In this document: positions 25,790-39,271 of the stretch, piece by piece
How the letters are laid out: every line of letters begins with the position of its first letter
Numbering within the stretch: the stretch's first letter is position 1
Source of the DNA: Octopus bimaculoides
Lineage: Eukaryota
Assembly: GCF_001194135.2 (NCBI RefSeq)
Contig: NC_068985.1
Span: 121,817,096-121,881,095 of the forward strand
DNA length: 64,000 bases
Direction of reading: 5' to 3'
Translations under genes and position numbers: made by a program
Notes under the pieces: generated by a model
The model's database searches: none
The model's input: only the letters and a program-made list of their open reading frames with translations
What the model was told of the DNA's origin: nothing

Positions 25790-27415
25790 ATGTAGGACGA
25801 AGTGGTGGGGAAGGACCTACAGTCATTGGGACTCACAGTGGAGATGACAGGAGACTGAGACTCCTGGTGGTTTGCTGTGCTTGAAAAGACATGTCAAGCT
25901 AAGTAAAAGCATGGTTGTCCTTGCATACTGGCTCATTCCTTGCAATTCTCACCAGGTGAGTATCCCTAATCTAGCAGGCTCATAGGCGCTGGTGCCACAT
26001 AAGAAGTGCCCTTGCCAGTGCTGCGTAAAGGCACCAAGTATACTCTGTAAAGTGGTTGGTATTAGGAAGGGCATCCAGTCATAGAAACCATAGAAAATTC
26101 TCTCTCATGATAAAAAGTGTAAAAACACCATATCTGTTCATATGACAGGGAGTTGTTAATGAATTCACTATTTGTAGAATCAATGCAGCACTATTTTTCA
26201 TTCAAGTACAGGCTATAGCCATTTATATAGGTACACACACACATCCCAAACATGTACAGACATATACATTAGTGTAAACATGCACAAACACACACACACG
26301 ATTCTTTTTTGGAACAGTGGATTTTGAAGCACATAAAGCTCTAAATAATAGCATGTAAATGTTAGGTTGAAAACCCTTTTTGGATAGAGAAATGTTGAAG
26401 GCTGCTTGTGGGACATCAGCAATATATAGTTATCTATCTATCTGTTTATCCATCTATCCATCTACCTGGCTGTATGTCAATATATACATATAAACATGAC
26501 AGGCTTCATATAATTTCCATTCATCTGACTCATCCCCAAAACATTGGTTAGCCTTGGTTTACAGTAGAAGATATTTGCCCAAGATACCACACAGCGACAT
26601 TGAAAACAAAACCACATAATTGTGATGTGTATTTCTTAACCACACAGCCATGTGTGCACCCATATTAATGGTTCTCTTCTAATTTTATGATTTTTATGTG
26701 CCTAGATCTAATATAATAAATCAAACTTTAATTAATAACTAACTGGCTCATCTTAAGCTTTGGCACATTTGTTTTATCTCGTATGCATTTGAATATTAAT
26801 AGCACAGTTGAAAATTTTTAGTAGGTATTTGGCTAGATATTGACTCTTGTATATGGTTATATATGTATATGTATACACACACACCATATAAAGAAGATAG
26901 TTTACATCTTGTCCACAGTATCTGTACATATTACACATTTGATTTGTTTATCTTCACAGGTACCAGTATCTGTATGGTAGGCATTTTGGTAATCAATCCA
27001 TGCCTTATGTTTTTTTCTTCTCTGTTGTCTTCAGTAACTACAGAGTTTCCTAATAACTGCATTTTAAGTCCATACGTCCCCTTACAATACCTTTTCTGCC
27101 CTATGATAAGATATTATCTTGTAGATGAATGATTCCCCAGCTTTAGCGTATTGAATGTCAGTGTTTTATTTATATATATTGTTGGTAAGCAGGTTATCAC
27201 TAGAGCAGTGATTGGACTGGCAGAATCTTTAGAACATTAGACAAAGGGCCTTACAGTATTAGTTCTGGGCCTTTATGTTCTAACTTTAAATCCTGTTGAG
27301 GTCACCTCGCTTTTCTTTTTTTTTTTTTAGATCAATAAAATAAAGAACAAATCAATTACCAGAGTAGGGTGGTGATTCACAAAACTGTTATAGCATCGAA
27401 CAAAGTATCTTGCAG

Positions 27416-27980
27416 TATTTATCCCCACTTAAATGTGGATGTTCTGTTAGAAGAAACTATACTGTGGTAGATGATATGACAAAAACTCTCATATTGGCTT
27501 TTGGTACAAAATGCACTCTTGCTTATATAGCTTGCAGGGAAATAAATCACTGCCATCTTCAGTATTGAGACCACCGAATCACATAATTTCAACCATCCTT
27601 TGTTTTGTCAATGATGAGCACTTATGCTCCAGAGATAGCAGCAACTCATCTCCGCACCAGCAATATATAGAATAACAGTACCAGAGCAGGTGTTGGTTTT
27701 GTGATTAGCCAGTCAGCATGTTAAAAAAATATATATTAGTGATAGAGACAGTAGTATTAATACTGAGAGGTAATATTTATCCCCACTTAAACATGGATAT
27801 TTTGTTAGAACAAATTATACTGCCATAGATACCATGAGAGGAACTCTCATATTGGCTTTTGGTGCCAAATGCACTCTTGTTTATATCGCTAGATGGGAGA
27901 TAAATCCCTGCCACTTCCAGTGCCGAGCCCAGTTCACATGATTTCGACCTTCCTTGGTCTTGTCAATGATGGACACTTGA
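27416..27980. repeat. Diverged direct duplication, ~210-bp units about 358 bp apart
   Basis: 27416-27626 and 27774-27980 align colinearly (tatttatccccacttaaa...ctctcatattggcttttggt...aaatgcactcttg...tgtcaatgatg). Confidence 0.8.
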
Positions 27981-30900
27981 TTTGTTTTGGCTCTTTACAT
28001 TCTAAGTGCAAATCCTGTCTCAACTTTACCTTTCATCTTTTTGTTGTCAATGAAATCAAATACCAATCAAGTATTGGTATTGTATCACCTGTCTGCTGAT
28101 CTGTGCCAACATGCAGTGGGCTTGCATGGCACTGTAGAGCTCCAGATCACTGTTCATCCAAGGGTCTCTATTGAAATGTAAAGTGATATATCAGTTGGAA
28201 CACACATCTTATCATTTACTGATAAGCTATCAAAATCATGTTGATATCTGATTGACAGCCGACAAGGGAAATTTTCCTTCATACTTGTCTAGTTATATTA
28301 AATATGTTCTTCATCCTCTCATTAATGTCTCTGCTTAATGTCACTGCCCTGTTTAATTTCTGTTTTTTTACCTAACTGATTCAGTGCAAGGTTCTTATTT
28401 TATCTTTTATCATTCCTTCCTAGAATATGAATTAGAGGTTAGTTAGAAAATTTTATACTAAGGTTATACTGTCTATATAAACAGTTATAGTTTATCAGGG
28501 TCAGAATGCTGTTATGTGGCAGATATGAAGCACATATACACACACTCCCTTTCCCTCACCTCTCTCTCTCTCTCTCTTAAACAGACCCTATTAAAAGAGA
28601 TAAAAAGAAAAGAAAAAAAGAAGGGGAAGAAGTAGTTTATCAGTCTGTAGTTTCCTGATGTTTCTATGTTCTCTTCGAGCAGTAACCACTCAGAATTTTG
28701 ATTATGGTCTCTGAAGTCATTAACTGAATGTTGTACTCTAGCTTTGCATGGTCATGTATACTGGTTAATAATGTAACAAGAAATTGGAAATTTTATCAGT
28801 TCCATTTGCTGGCAGTCTTAATTGTATTTATACATTCTCCACAAGATAAGCTGATTCTAGTGTCATTGTATTTTTCTTTCTTTTTTCTTACATATACTAT
28901 ATTGTTTTTTTATTATGTTGTGTATTTCTCTTTCCATATGTCCTCCCAGTACGATTGAATTATTATTATTGTCAGCGTCTCCTCAGTGACCCGAGATAGG
29001 TTAGATGACTCTGCTTCCTTACAGATTGCACACTATATACATTGACATTCACACATATTTTGCCATCAGTTTTCTGAAGCGGAAGTGAAGGAAGAACGCA
29101 CTCAAACTTTTGTTATATTTCAGGTTTTCTTAAGAATCTGTCTATAGCAATGACTTCAGCTATTATCTTTTAGTCATCTGACTGTGGCCATGCTGGGGTA
29201 CCACCTTGAAATTATCAACCCCACTACTTATGTTTTAAAGCCTGGTATTTACTCTATTGGTCTCTTGTGCTGAACGTCTAAGTTAAAGGGATGTAAACAT
29301 ACCAGTACCAGTTGTCAAGTGGTGGTGGGGGACAAACACAGATGCAAAAAGCACAAGCATGTGCACGCACACACACACATAATGGGCTTCTTTCAGTTTC
29401 CATTTACCAAATCCATCCACAAGGCTTTGGTCAGCTTGAGGCTATATTAGAAGACACTTACCTAAGGTGTCACACAGTGGGACTGAACCTGGAACCATGT
29501 GGTTGGGAAGCAAGCTTCTTACAGGAGAAAGCAATATGTTGAATAAAATCATAATTAACTGATCTTCCTGTATTTTCTGTTCAGGGGGTGGGGTGGGGGG
29601 CACAAAGCATCGAGTGCCAGACTTGTGCCCCCAACCCCACCCTGAACAACTACTGCCCAGTGTATTCATACTTTAAGATGACACTGTGCACATGTGTTGT
29701 TTAATAAGGAAAACTCACTTTTGATTAAATTATGCAATAATTCAATGGGACACATATATATATATTTTCTAAGTAAATTAATCATGCATTGTAATTGTAT
29801 GAGGTACATGTAAATTGACTTTTAATTGATTTTAATTGTAGATTGTCTTATGTAAAAATAATTAGGTGACTTCTTCACTTACATGTAACAGATTGTGGCC
29901 ATGCTGGGGTACCACTTTGAAGAATTTTAGTCAAACAAATTGACCCCAGTACTTATTTTCTTTTTTTAAAGTCAGATGCTTATTCTATTAGTCTCTTTTG
30001 TCAAACTGCTAAGTTATGGGGATGTAAACACACCAACATTGGTTGTCAATCGGTGGTGCGGGACTAACATAGACACAAAGACAAACACACACACACACAT
30101 GCAATGGGCTTCTTTCAGCTTTTGTCTACTAAATCCACTCACAAGGCTTTGGTCAGCTTGAGACTATAATAGAAAACACTTGCCCAAGGTACCATGCAGA
30201 GGGACTGAACTCAGAATCAAGTGGTTGGCAAGCAAGCTTCTTACATACCCATAAGTTTCAATGTACTATACATGAAGCAGTGAAATCTCTATGTAGTCAT
30301 TTGACCTACAAAAATTAGCAGCTAAATCTCCTTCAAGTTTTACCATACCGCCTTAAACAGGTTACTTGAACAACATCTGTAGTTTGTGTTTAATTGTTCA
30401 TTTGACTTCCTGTATCTGCATGTTATAAGTCTGTTCAATCAGGAATATCCTGTAGGTTACACAATAACACACTAAGCATTTTAATATTGCTTTTTATATA
30501 TCTCAGTTCATGGCATAGTTTTGTACAAAGGCTGTTTTGATTTCATTCACGTAAATTTTATTTTCTGACTGATAATATTTTTGTTTTTGTGATGAGGTGT
30601 TTTTGCCATTACCAATAGATCACAAGTTTTGCTATAATTGACCAAGATGTTTTTGCCCTTTCTTGTTCATTATTTTGGTCTTAGACAATGGAAGCACCAT
30701 GTATCGTTTATATTTCAGTTGACTTTTAAATTTCTACCTAAAACAAAAATCAATTATGTATAAAACTAAGAAATCAAACACTAAAAGATCAATCAGTTAT
30801 GAACAATACAAAAATATATATATTCTTTTGAATCAAGAACCTATTATTGTAAACTACAATTTTGTAATGATTATCAAATAAAAACTATCTATCTGTATGG

Positions 30901-32659
30901 ATATTTAAAAAAAAAAATTTTTAATGACTCGATCAGAAGATGAAAAGAAGTGCCCATAAATTTTCTGGGGTCTCAGTAACTGAGGAAGAAATGGTGGAAA
31001 TTATCTTTAGATTGGAGACTTTTACAACAAATTGGACTTAGCTAAAAGCATCTAAGTTCCAGAGGGTGGTGTTAAACTAGACCTTCCGCATCATTTCCCA
31101 TCATCATCATTCCGCTACCACCACTGCTACTGCTTTCGTCATCATCATTATCTATTTAACAGTTTATGTCCTTAGATTGTACCAATACAATAAGGATAAC
31201 TCTTTTGAGTCAGTGCCATTTTATTTTGGTGGTTTTACCATTCCACCCAGAAGATTGTACTTTTCTATAATGGTGGTTTTGGTAGGATTTTGAACACAGA
31301 ATGCATAGAACTGGAAAAGAAACCACAAAGCATCACATTTGGTACCATAGCAATTCTACTTATCTACTGTTCTGAAATTATACTTTTTTTTTTATTGACC
31401 ACAAAAGGAGGAAAAGCAAAGTTGACCTTGGTGGGATTTGAACTCAGAGAACAGAGAGCTGGAACAAAAACCCAGAAGGTATTCAATGTGATGTTCTAAT
31501 GACTCTGCCAATTCAATGTATTATGTCTACTACCTATGTATAGTTCAGTGGGATTCCTCACAATTTTCTTCTATCCAACAAAGATTTGGTCAACTAGAAG
31601 ACACTTGTCTAACATTACCATGCAGTAAAGTTGAACCTGGAACTATGTGAATGTGATGTAAAATTTTTAAACATGTAGTCATGTCTCTGCCAATCTGTTA
31701 TTGGTAGTCTTTTGAAGTAACCCTGGACTTGTACAGACAGTGTTGATTTTATGATCAAAGGTATTTAAATTGTGGCCATCATGTATATTTTTCTTATTTT
31801 TGTTTAGGTGGTAGACTACATAGTCTATTGTGATCTTGATTTTTTTAAAGACTGTTGCATGTGATTTGAAGAAATTTAGAAATGAAGTGGGAAATAGAAG
31901 GCTCAAAGCCTCAGATTTAGGAAAGAAAACAAAATATGAAAGCTCAAGACCTTAGATATAGTAAAGTGAGAAAGAGAAGGCTCAAGGTTTCAGTTGTAGG
32001 TAAAAGTTGGGAAAGAGAATACTGTAATGTCTATATTTTTTATGATGCTATTATAGCATCAGTGAAAGGAACTGGCTTTAAATGGGTATTGAAACTGGAT
32101 TGTCATGTCACTTCTCCAATAGCTTTACCTATTGCTCTATCAATGACATTGTTCATCAATGTTATTTAATATTGATTTTTATTTTATTGCAGTCATGATA
32201 AATGTTGCTGGATTTGGGACATAACTCACTGGATTGACTTTAGTACACAACTGACTGTAGTTGAGTCTATGTAATAGTTTGAGCTGCTATTATGTAGCAG
32301 TGACATCCTTTCAAATTAAAACAAAATGTGACAAAAACCATCAGATAATGCAGTCTTATTTACTCTTCAAAATCTGGGATGGGTCATGGCTGGAATGCCT
32401 TTCAGTATATGTCTACTGACCTGTAGCAAAAGACTGACAACAGTAACTCAGAGCACGGAACTATTTTTCTTATTCTCCCACCACAACAATATTAAATAAT
32501 TATTTCTTATTGTAGTGCAATAGTTAAAGGAGAAAAGCATTAGATAATAGCACAGACCCCGAAATATAATTTCCACTCCCACTACCACTGCTGGCTGGTA
32601 CCATCTACTCTCAATAGATTGAATTACTATTCTTATATATTTACTGTTACTTTATATTT

Positions 32660-33075
32660 GTCCAATTCATAATATCCGTTCACAGAATACTTGCTTTTTC
32701 CCCTACTCTTCCACTTTTCCCATCATTTTGTCTACTATTAAAAATCTCTGAAGACTATGTTTTCAAATAAATGTCCAAAGCATCTAAGTTTTCTCTCTTT
32801 GATAATGTCTAATAAAAAATTTTCTTAGCTTTTGCCATTCATAGTACTTCCCCATTCGTTTTGTATTCTGTCCATTATATTCTCTAAAGTTTTCTATTAT
32901 GTCCATATCTATTTGATAGTATTTCAGCTAATGCTCACATTTCAACTCAGTGTAATAGAGTGAACTACACATAGCATTTTAATAATCATTTTCTGATTTT
33001 GAAATTAATGTTTCTTGATTTTAATATATTTGACATTTTTTTTCAGATGACCTTCCAGCTATCTCAGTCATTTTG
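32660..33075 (-). mobile_element. Old RTE-type LINE 3' remnant
   Basis: The minus strand reads KMSNILKSRNINFKIRK*LLKCYV*FTLL..., typical of the post-RT region of RTE elements. Confidence 0.55.
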
Positions 33076-33789
33076 ATTTCTGGCAGAACCACTAGTGTGT
33101 CAGGCAAAATATTTTGTAGATTTATTCAAACTATTGACATTTTGAGTTCAAATGACACCAGGGTCAACTTTGCTTATGATCTCTTTGAGGTCAGTGAAAT
33201 AGAGTACCAGTCATGTACTGAAGTCAACATAATCCCTCCCCACCCCTTCAAAATTCCTGGTTTTGTGCTTAAATTGGAAACAGTTATTGCATATATCCCG
33301 TTAAATATCTTTGGTGTCTGTTCAATTGGCTTTCCCTCAATTGTAATATTGATTTCAAGTGACTTCTTTCTTGCTGATTATCGTTGATTTAACTTTCTTT
33401 ACGGTAATTGCCATTCCATAAGACATTTCTTTGTTACATACTGTTGTTACAAGGTTTCTCTTGGTCATCTTTGTTGAAACTATAGAACTGAGGCCTAATT
33501 TATTCACTTTGGAAGGATAAAAGATAAAATCAACTTCAGTAAGTTATGAGCTGACAAAAATTGAACCAAACTTTCTATTGTTTTCCCCTTTCCCCATTCT
33601 TTATTATTACTACAGGATATGTATTACAGTATAGTGCAATTGATACAGTGAGACTGAATGGTTAAGAAGTTCGCTTTACGATCATGAAGTCTTGGGTTTG
33701 ATCCTAGTGTGTGAAATCTTGAGTAAGTGTCATCTTCTATAGCCTCAGGCCAATGCATCCCTTGTAAATGAAACCAAGTAGGCAGATAC

Positions 33790-34295
33790 TGTGGAAACGC
33801 CCATAGATGGAAACGCCCAGCTTAATCATCGATGAAAGGAAAAGTTAATTGCTGGGCCTTATAGGCTGCTTGGTTCTGTATTTTTTGAACTTTTATTCTT
33901 TTTCTTTCTTTGTTTTTTTTTTTTAAAAACAGTTCTCTTTAAAGGCGAAAGTAATCATATTAATTAAATTATATCACAATTAAATTTTTAAACGCTATAT
34001 TCAGACTCATTTAACATTTTTGTATTTGTTTGTCCAGTAATGTCCTTTCTATGTTTTGATCATTATGATTGTAATAAAGAATTTATCTCTAGCCGAACAA
34101 TTATTCTGTGCTGATGAAGGGAAATAACCCGGAAATTGCGATACACAGATATTGCTTTGAGCTGAGTGGGGGTGCGAGATTCCCTTGTTTGAAAATATAA
34201 GGACACAGATCGTGTCGTATAGCCAGCTGGAGATGATGTCTCCTGGGGCTAAATTACAGCAACGTTCATCCTAAACCAGGACTGCCATGTTATGT
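33790..34295 (+). mobile_element. Penelope pseudo-LTR / retrozyme-like segment containing a hammerhead motif
   Basis: T-rich tail-like region followed by the hammerhead fold at 34105-34149 and a CpG-richer segment homologous to 52090-52230. Boundaries are approximate and the class is inferred from the known association of such HHRs with PLE pLTRs. Confidence 0.5.
34105..34149 (+). ncRNA. Putative minimal type I hammerhead ribozyme
   Basis: TCTGTG-CTGATGA-a-GGG(aaataa)CCC-g-GAAA-T(tgcg)A-T-A-CACAGA. Stem I is a perfect 6 bp (34105-34110/34144-34149), both conserved core blocks are present, stem III is short, and the cleavage triplet is AUA. Confidence 0.7.
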
Positions 34296-34582
34296 TGGCA
34301 AACAATCTTTACTACAAAAGAATAAAAGCATATATATATGGATATGTCTACTATATATTTGTGAAAAGGGTGGACATTGTCTCACAAGCATTTGTGCAGT
34401 CAAAAGTGTTAGTAAATGTGGTTGGGTTGACCTGAAAATTTTCACACCTATGTTACAAGTGGTGGGGAGTTTGCATGGCAACTTTGAGTTTACTCAATTG
34501 AAAGGTGTGGCCTCTAGGGCAAAATTCCTCATCTTTAAAATGTTGCCTGAGTAGACCTGGATGAAATCGGGTTATAATACTA

Positions 34583-34627
<45 letters not shown>

Positions 34628-35049
34628 CTCTGTAAAGTGGTTGATTTTAGGAAGGGCATCCAACTAACTGCAGAAACCATGCCAAAGCAGACAGAAGAGC
34701 TTGGTGCTGATCTCTGGCTAGTCAGTTCTTGTGAAATCATCTAACCCATGCCAGCATGGAAAATGGGCATTAAATAATTATGATGATGTATATACATACT
34801 TATATGTGTGTGTGTATAGATATAAGCACAGGCATGGCTGTGTCATAAAGAATGTCAATTCCCAAACGTGCTGTCTACTTTAGTCCCTAACCAGCCAAAG
34901 CCTTGTGAGTAAATGTAGATTTAGTGGACAGAAACTGAATGAATCCTCTTGTGTGTGTATATATTTTTAGAAGCTGAAAAACTTCACAAACTGTTTGTGA
35001 AGATTTTTTTACTTCAATAAAACACTATAATTGAGCCTGTATGTATGTA

Positions 35050-35128
<79 letters not shown>

Positions 35129-35859
35129 TTACTATAGCCTCAGGCTGACCAAAATCTTGTGAGTGCATTTCGTACTCGGAAACTGTATTTGTAATTTCAA
35201 CCTGCAACATCATAATTTTAGCATGTTTGTTTCTGGATAGACAAAAAAACAACAACACAAAAGAAAAACTGAAATGAAAACATTAAAAATAACAAAACAA
35301 GCTATAACATGACACTACCAAGCTGTGGTAGTTGACCTTCTAACACAACCAAATATATATGTGAGTATACATCTGTGTGTGTGTGTGTGTGTGTGTGTGT
35401 GCACATAACAACATAACCGAATTACAGACATATAACTATATATCTAATAAATATGCAGCATATGATTATGCACACACAACTCAAATACCCAGTCAAACAA
35501 ACAAACATTCACAGTCGAGGCATCAAGCTGTTAGATCAGGTTATGAAAGTTACAGAGAGGGTCATNNNNNNNNNNNNNNNNNNNNNNNNNNNNNNNNNNN
35601 NNNNNNNNNNNNNNNNNNNNNNNNNNNNNNNNNNNNNNNNNNNNNNNNNNNNNNNNNNNNNNNNNTATTTATTTATGGGTTTCAGCCAAGTGGCTGCGGT
35701 CATGCTGGAGCACCTGAAGGTTCACTACAGTTGTTTCAGACACATTTTATATTGATGAATCATTCGATTACATCATAAAAAAACCTATTGTATTTGCATA
35801 TGGTATATACATGTATGTGCTGAACTCGACCCTTTTCTAGTGTCCTGAATGTTAAAACA

Positions 35860-38170
35860 CTTTGATTGAGATGAATCCTATGCTCTTAGAGCATCCACCT
35901 CTGCTACTGACTTGGTCACCTAGATATTGGAAGTTATCAACTACCTCTAGCTTACCCCGCTGGCATGTAATGGAGCCTATTTTCTGTACATTTGTAGTGT
36001 TTACTGTACCTGTGCACTTTCCAAGCACAAAAACTATTTTTCCAGTTAACTTTCCTCTGATATTGCTGTACCTCTGGTGTGTCCATAGCTTGCACTGGGT
36101 ACATCTTATGGAATTTCTACCTACACCTTTCCTACTGATCGAGTAGGGCTATCTACCTAAAGGCATTTGTGATTTGTCTGCTTTCCTATTTTCTAAGACT
36201 TTAGTTTTTGCTAGGTTAATTGTAAGGCACTTCAATTCTAGACCTTGTTTCCATACCTGGAACTTCTTCTCTAGTTCAGGTAGTGATTCAGCTATAAGAG
36301 CAAGGTCTTCAGCATAGAGGAGTTCCCAGGGGCAGCCCATCTTAAATTCCTCTGTTATTGCCTGGAGGACTAAGATGAACAGGAGGGAGCTGAGGACTGA
36401 TCCTTGATGAACCCCTACTTGTACCCTGAAGTCATCACTATACTCATTGCCAACCCACACCTTACTAATTGCATCCCTGTACATGGCTTGTACAGTTCTC
36501 ACCAACCACTTGTCCATCCCTAGTTCCACATTGACCACCAGATAACGGATCAGGGGGACCCTGTCAAAGGCTTTCTCCATGTCATTCAAAGCCAGGTACA
36601 GAGGTTTATCTTTGGCTATGTATTTCTCCTGCAGCAGCCTTACCAGAAATATAGCATCAGTGATGCTTCTGCCTGGCACAAAACCAAACTGCATCTCATC
36701 TAGGCTAACTCTCTCCCTAATTAGTTGGATTATGACCCTCTCCATGATTTTCATTACCTGATCCAACAATTTAATACTTCTGTAATTATTTCTAAGTCGT
36801 CACCTTTATTTTTGTAGCAGTCGACTATGGTGCTGCTACACCAGTCATTGGGTTTGACTCTTTCGTGTACCACCTGATTAAATATACGGGTAATTAAACT
36901 ATGACCCATACTCCCAGATATTCTAAGCATCTCTGCAGTTATTCCTGATGGGTCGGTGGCTTTCCCCATCTTCTTATCCTTCATGGCTTTTATCTACAAT
37001 GCTACTGTCTATTCAGGTTGCTGGTCCTCTGTTGGATTAACATTAGGCAGACTCTCCTTCTCCCATGAGTTCTCTACATTTAGTAGCCTTTTATAATGAC
37101 ACTTCCAAGCCTCTTTTTTGCAAAGTCACTAACTGCAAGTGGACCATCATCCATGCAAACACATTTTTCCCCCACATCATCTCAATTTTCCCTGGCACAC
37201 TGTCTGGCAAACCAAAACACTTCAAGCCACTAGTCCTCACACTGCAGAACATTGGAAATTTCTTCCTTTCTGTTTCACCCTTTGCTAAGTATGTCTGCCT
37301 CCTAGCTTCTCTTCTAGCTGTCTGATATAGTTCCTTGCTACCCTAACACTTCCAGTCCTTCCAAGCCTGTTTTTTTTTTTTTTGTTTTAGTGGCCCTATC
37401 AACTACATTGTTCCACCACCATGTCACCTTAGGATTGGTTGGGACTTAGCACCGCCTACAAATTTGGTCTGTGGCTCTCAGTAAGTTGTCTTGTAGGAAC
37501 TTCTAGTTATCCTCTATATTGCAAGTCTGTAACACCTTCTCCTTCTCATCAAAAGCTTCAGTTAGGAAATCCCAAAACCTCTGACTATTCAAAGGACCTT
37601 TAAGTTTCCAGATCTTTCTTTTCCAAACTGGCTTGCTTCTTGGGTTCCTTTATGCCTGTAGCTTGAAGTCACTAATAAGTAATCTATACTGAGGGGTACA
37701 GTCTTCACTAGGGAAGGCCTTTGCGTTTAAGAGCAGCCATGAATCCCCTTTTCTGGTGAGAATGTAGTTAATCTGGTGAGAATGGTCACCGGATTTATAG
37801 GCAGAGATGATTGTTGCTGTCCTATTCTGCAAAACTAGTCTAAGCTTAAGCATCCTATCACATATTCTGACTACTTCAATTACCTCATTTGCCCATTTCT
37901 CTGCTAGAAGTATGCCAACACCTCCTACCCCATCACCTTATACCCCATCCTACCCCAGAAGAATTTGTACCTACGCTTTTTACCAGTGAGGAACCTGGCT
38001 GAAGCTCCCCTCCTCCAAACTTTTTGGATGCAGTACATATCAACACGTCTCCTTTCAAGCATCTCAACAATCTCACTTGACCTACCTTTCAATGTGCCTA
38101 CATGGGCAGTGCCAACACTGAGGGACTATGTGGGGAGGCAGGAGGTAACATGGGTAGGTGAACAGTAGCA
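35860..38170 (-). mobile_element. RTE-clade LINE, internally deleted, with APE endonuclease and reverse transcriptase pseudogene segments
   Basis: APE N-terminus near 38100 (VGTLKGRSSEIVEMLERRRVDMYCIQ). RT ORFs 36984-36754 and 36769-36149 (QFGFVPGRSITDAIF, DMEKAFDRVP, GVHQGSVLSSLLF, LLYAEDLAL). The 3' part matches window positions 1-170. Confidence 0.92.
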
Positions 38171-38974
38171 ATCAGTATCTGAAAAGAAGGTTGTAATGAG
38201 CATTTGCCAATAGACATGACATAGCAGTTGCCTTCATATTTAATCCACCATCGTTAATGTTGCACTTGCTACCTCCACTGGACATAGGTGCTGTACCAGC
38301 ATTAATTAGTACAGCAGTGTTAATTACAGATACCAATAAATGTATATAAGTTGACCTAGGTTAGCTGGTTAGTTATTGTTACGTGTTGTACAAATACAAA
38401 TGTTGGTAAATTAGTTAGATAGGTAAACAAGATAAGAGTAGTTAATTTGTTATATATAGTTAGTGACTAATAAATTAAATAAATAAGCTATAAAATATTA
38501 AAACTAGGAACAGCATGGTCATGTTCAATTTCATGTTACAGCAAATGGGTGATATGATTGCAGGGAAGGGTATAGGTGGTGGTGGTGGGGGGTGCAATGC
38601 ATGTAAGCAAACATTGTTTAACCAGAGACAAGAGGGAATACAGGGCAAGCAAAAATTAAATTGAATAAAATTATATTTAAATGGTATTAACAAGAAGGTC
38701 CAAGCATTAATGAAGATGTTGACAGAGGAAGATATGAAACAAGTATGAAATTAAATTAAATTGAACGTAGTTAAATCAAATCAAGTAAAATTAAATAAGA
38801 TTAGAAGAAATTAAGTTAGATTAGAGCAAACTAAGTTGAATTAAGTTAATAAGGATGAGGGGAGCAGCAAAGATGAGTAGATTAAATCTGAGGACAAAAA
38901 CACAATTTCAACTTATCTGAGCATTCCAGCATGTCTTAACCAGCGAAGAGATATGATAGAGGGAGATATACATA

Positions 38975-39014
<40 letters not shown>

Positions 39015-39020
39015 CACACA

Positions 39021-39117
39021 CACGGGGTTCGACAAAATAATGGAAACACCTTAAAATTTCAAACAAATTTATTTTAATATGGCGTAGGACTGCCTCTGGC
39101 AGTAATTACAGCTTGAA
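39021..39117 (+). mobile_element. Terminal fragment of a Tc1-like DNA transposon
   Basis: Starts cacggggttcgacaaaataatggaaacacc, a Tc1-type TIR-like sequence, next to a TA/CA microsatellite. No matching other end found. Confidence 0.45.
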
Positions 39118-39234
39118 GAGAGAAAACTCCGAATGACCTGTCTGTGTTTTCTTTGTATCGTCTATTTGAATGTTTTGTCCCTTTCTTGTATCACCTAACT
39201 GTCTTAATGTTTTGCGTTCTTGTCTCAATCTGTA

Positions 39235-39271
<37 letters not shown>

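Noticed and set aside
29079-29087. ETS motif GCGGAAGTG as the promoter of a second gene
   Set aside because: It is an isolated motif, with no supportable exon or ORF on either strand nearby.
39105-39150. Fourth hammerhead (ttgaaga-GAG-aaaa-CTC-cgaatgac)
   Set aside because: The core deviates at several invariant positions and no convincing stem I exists.
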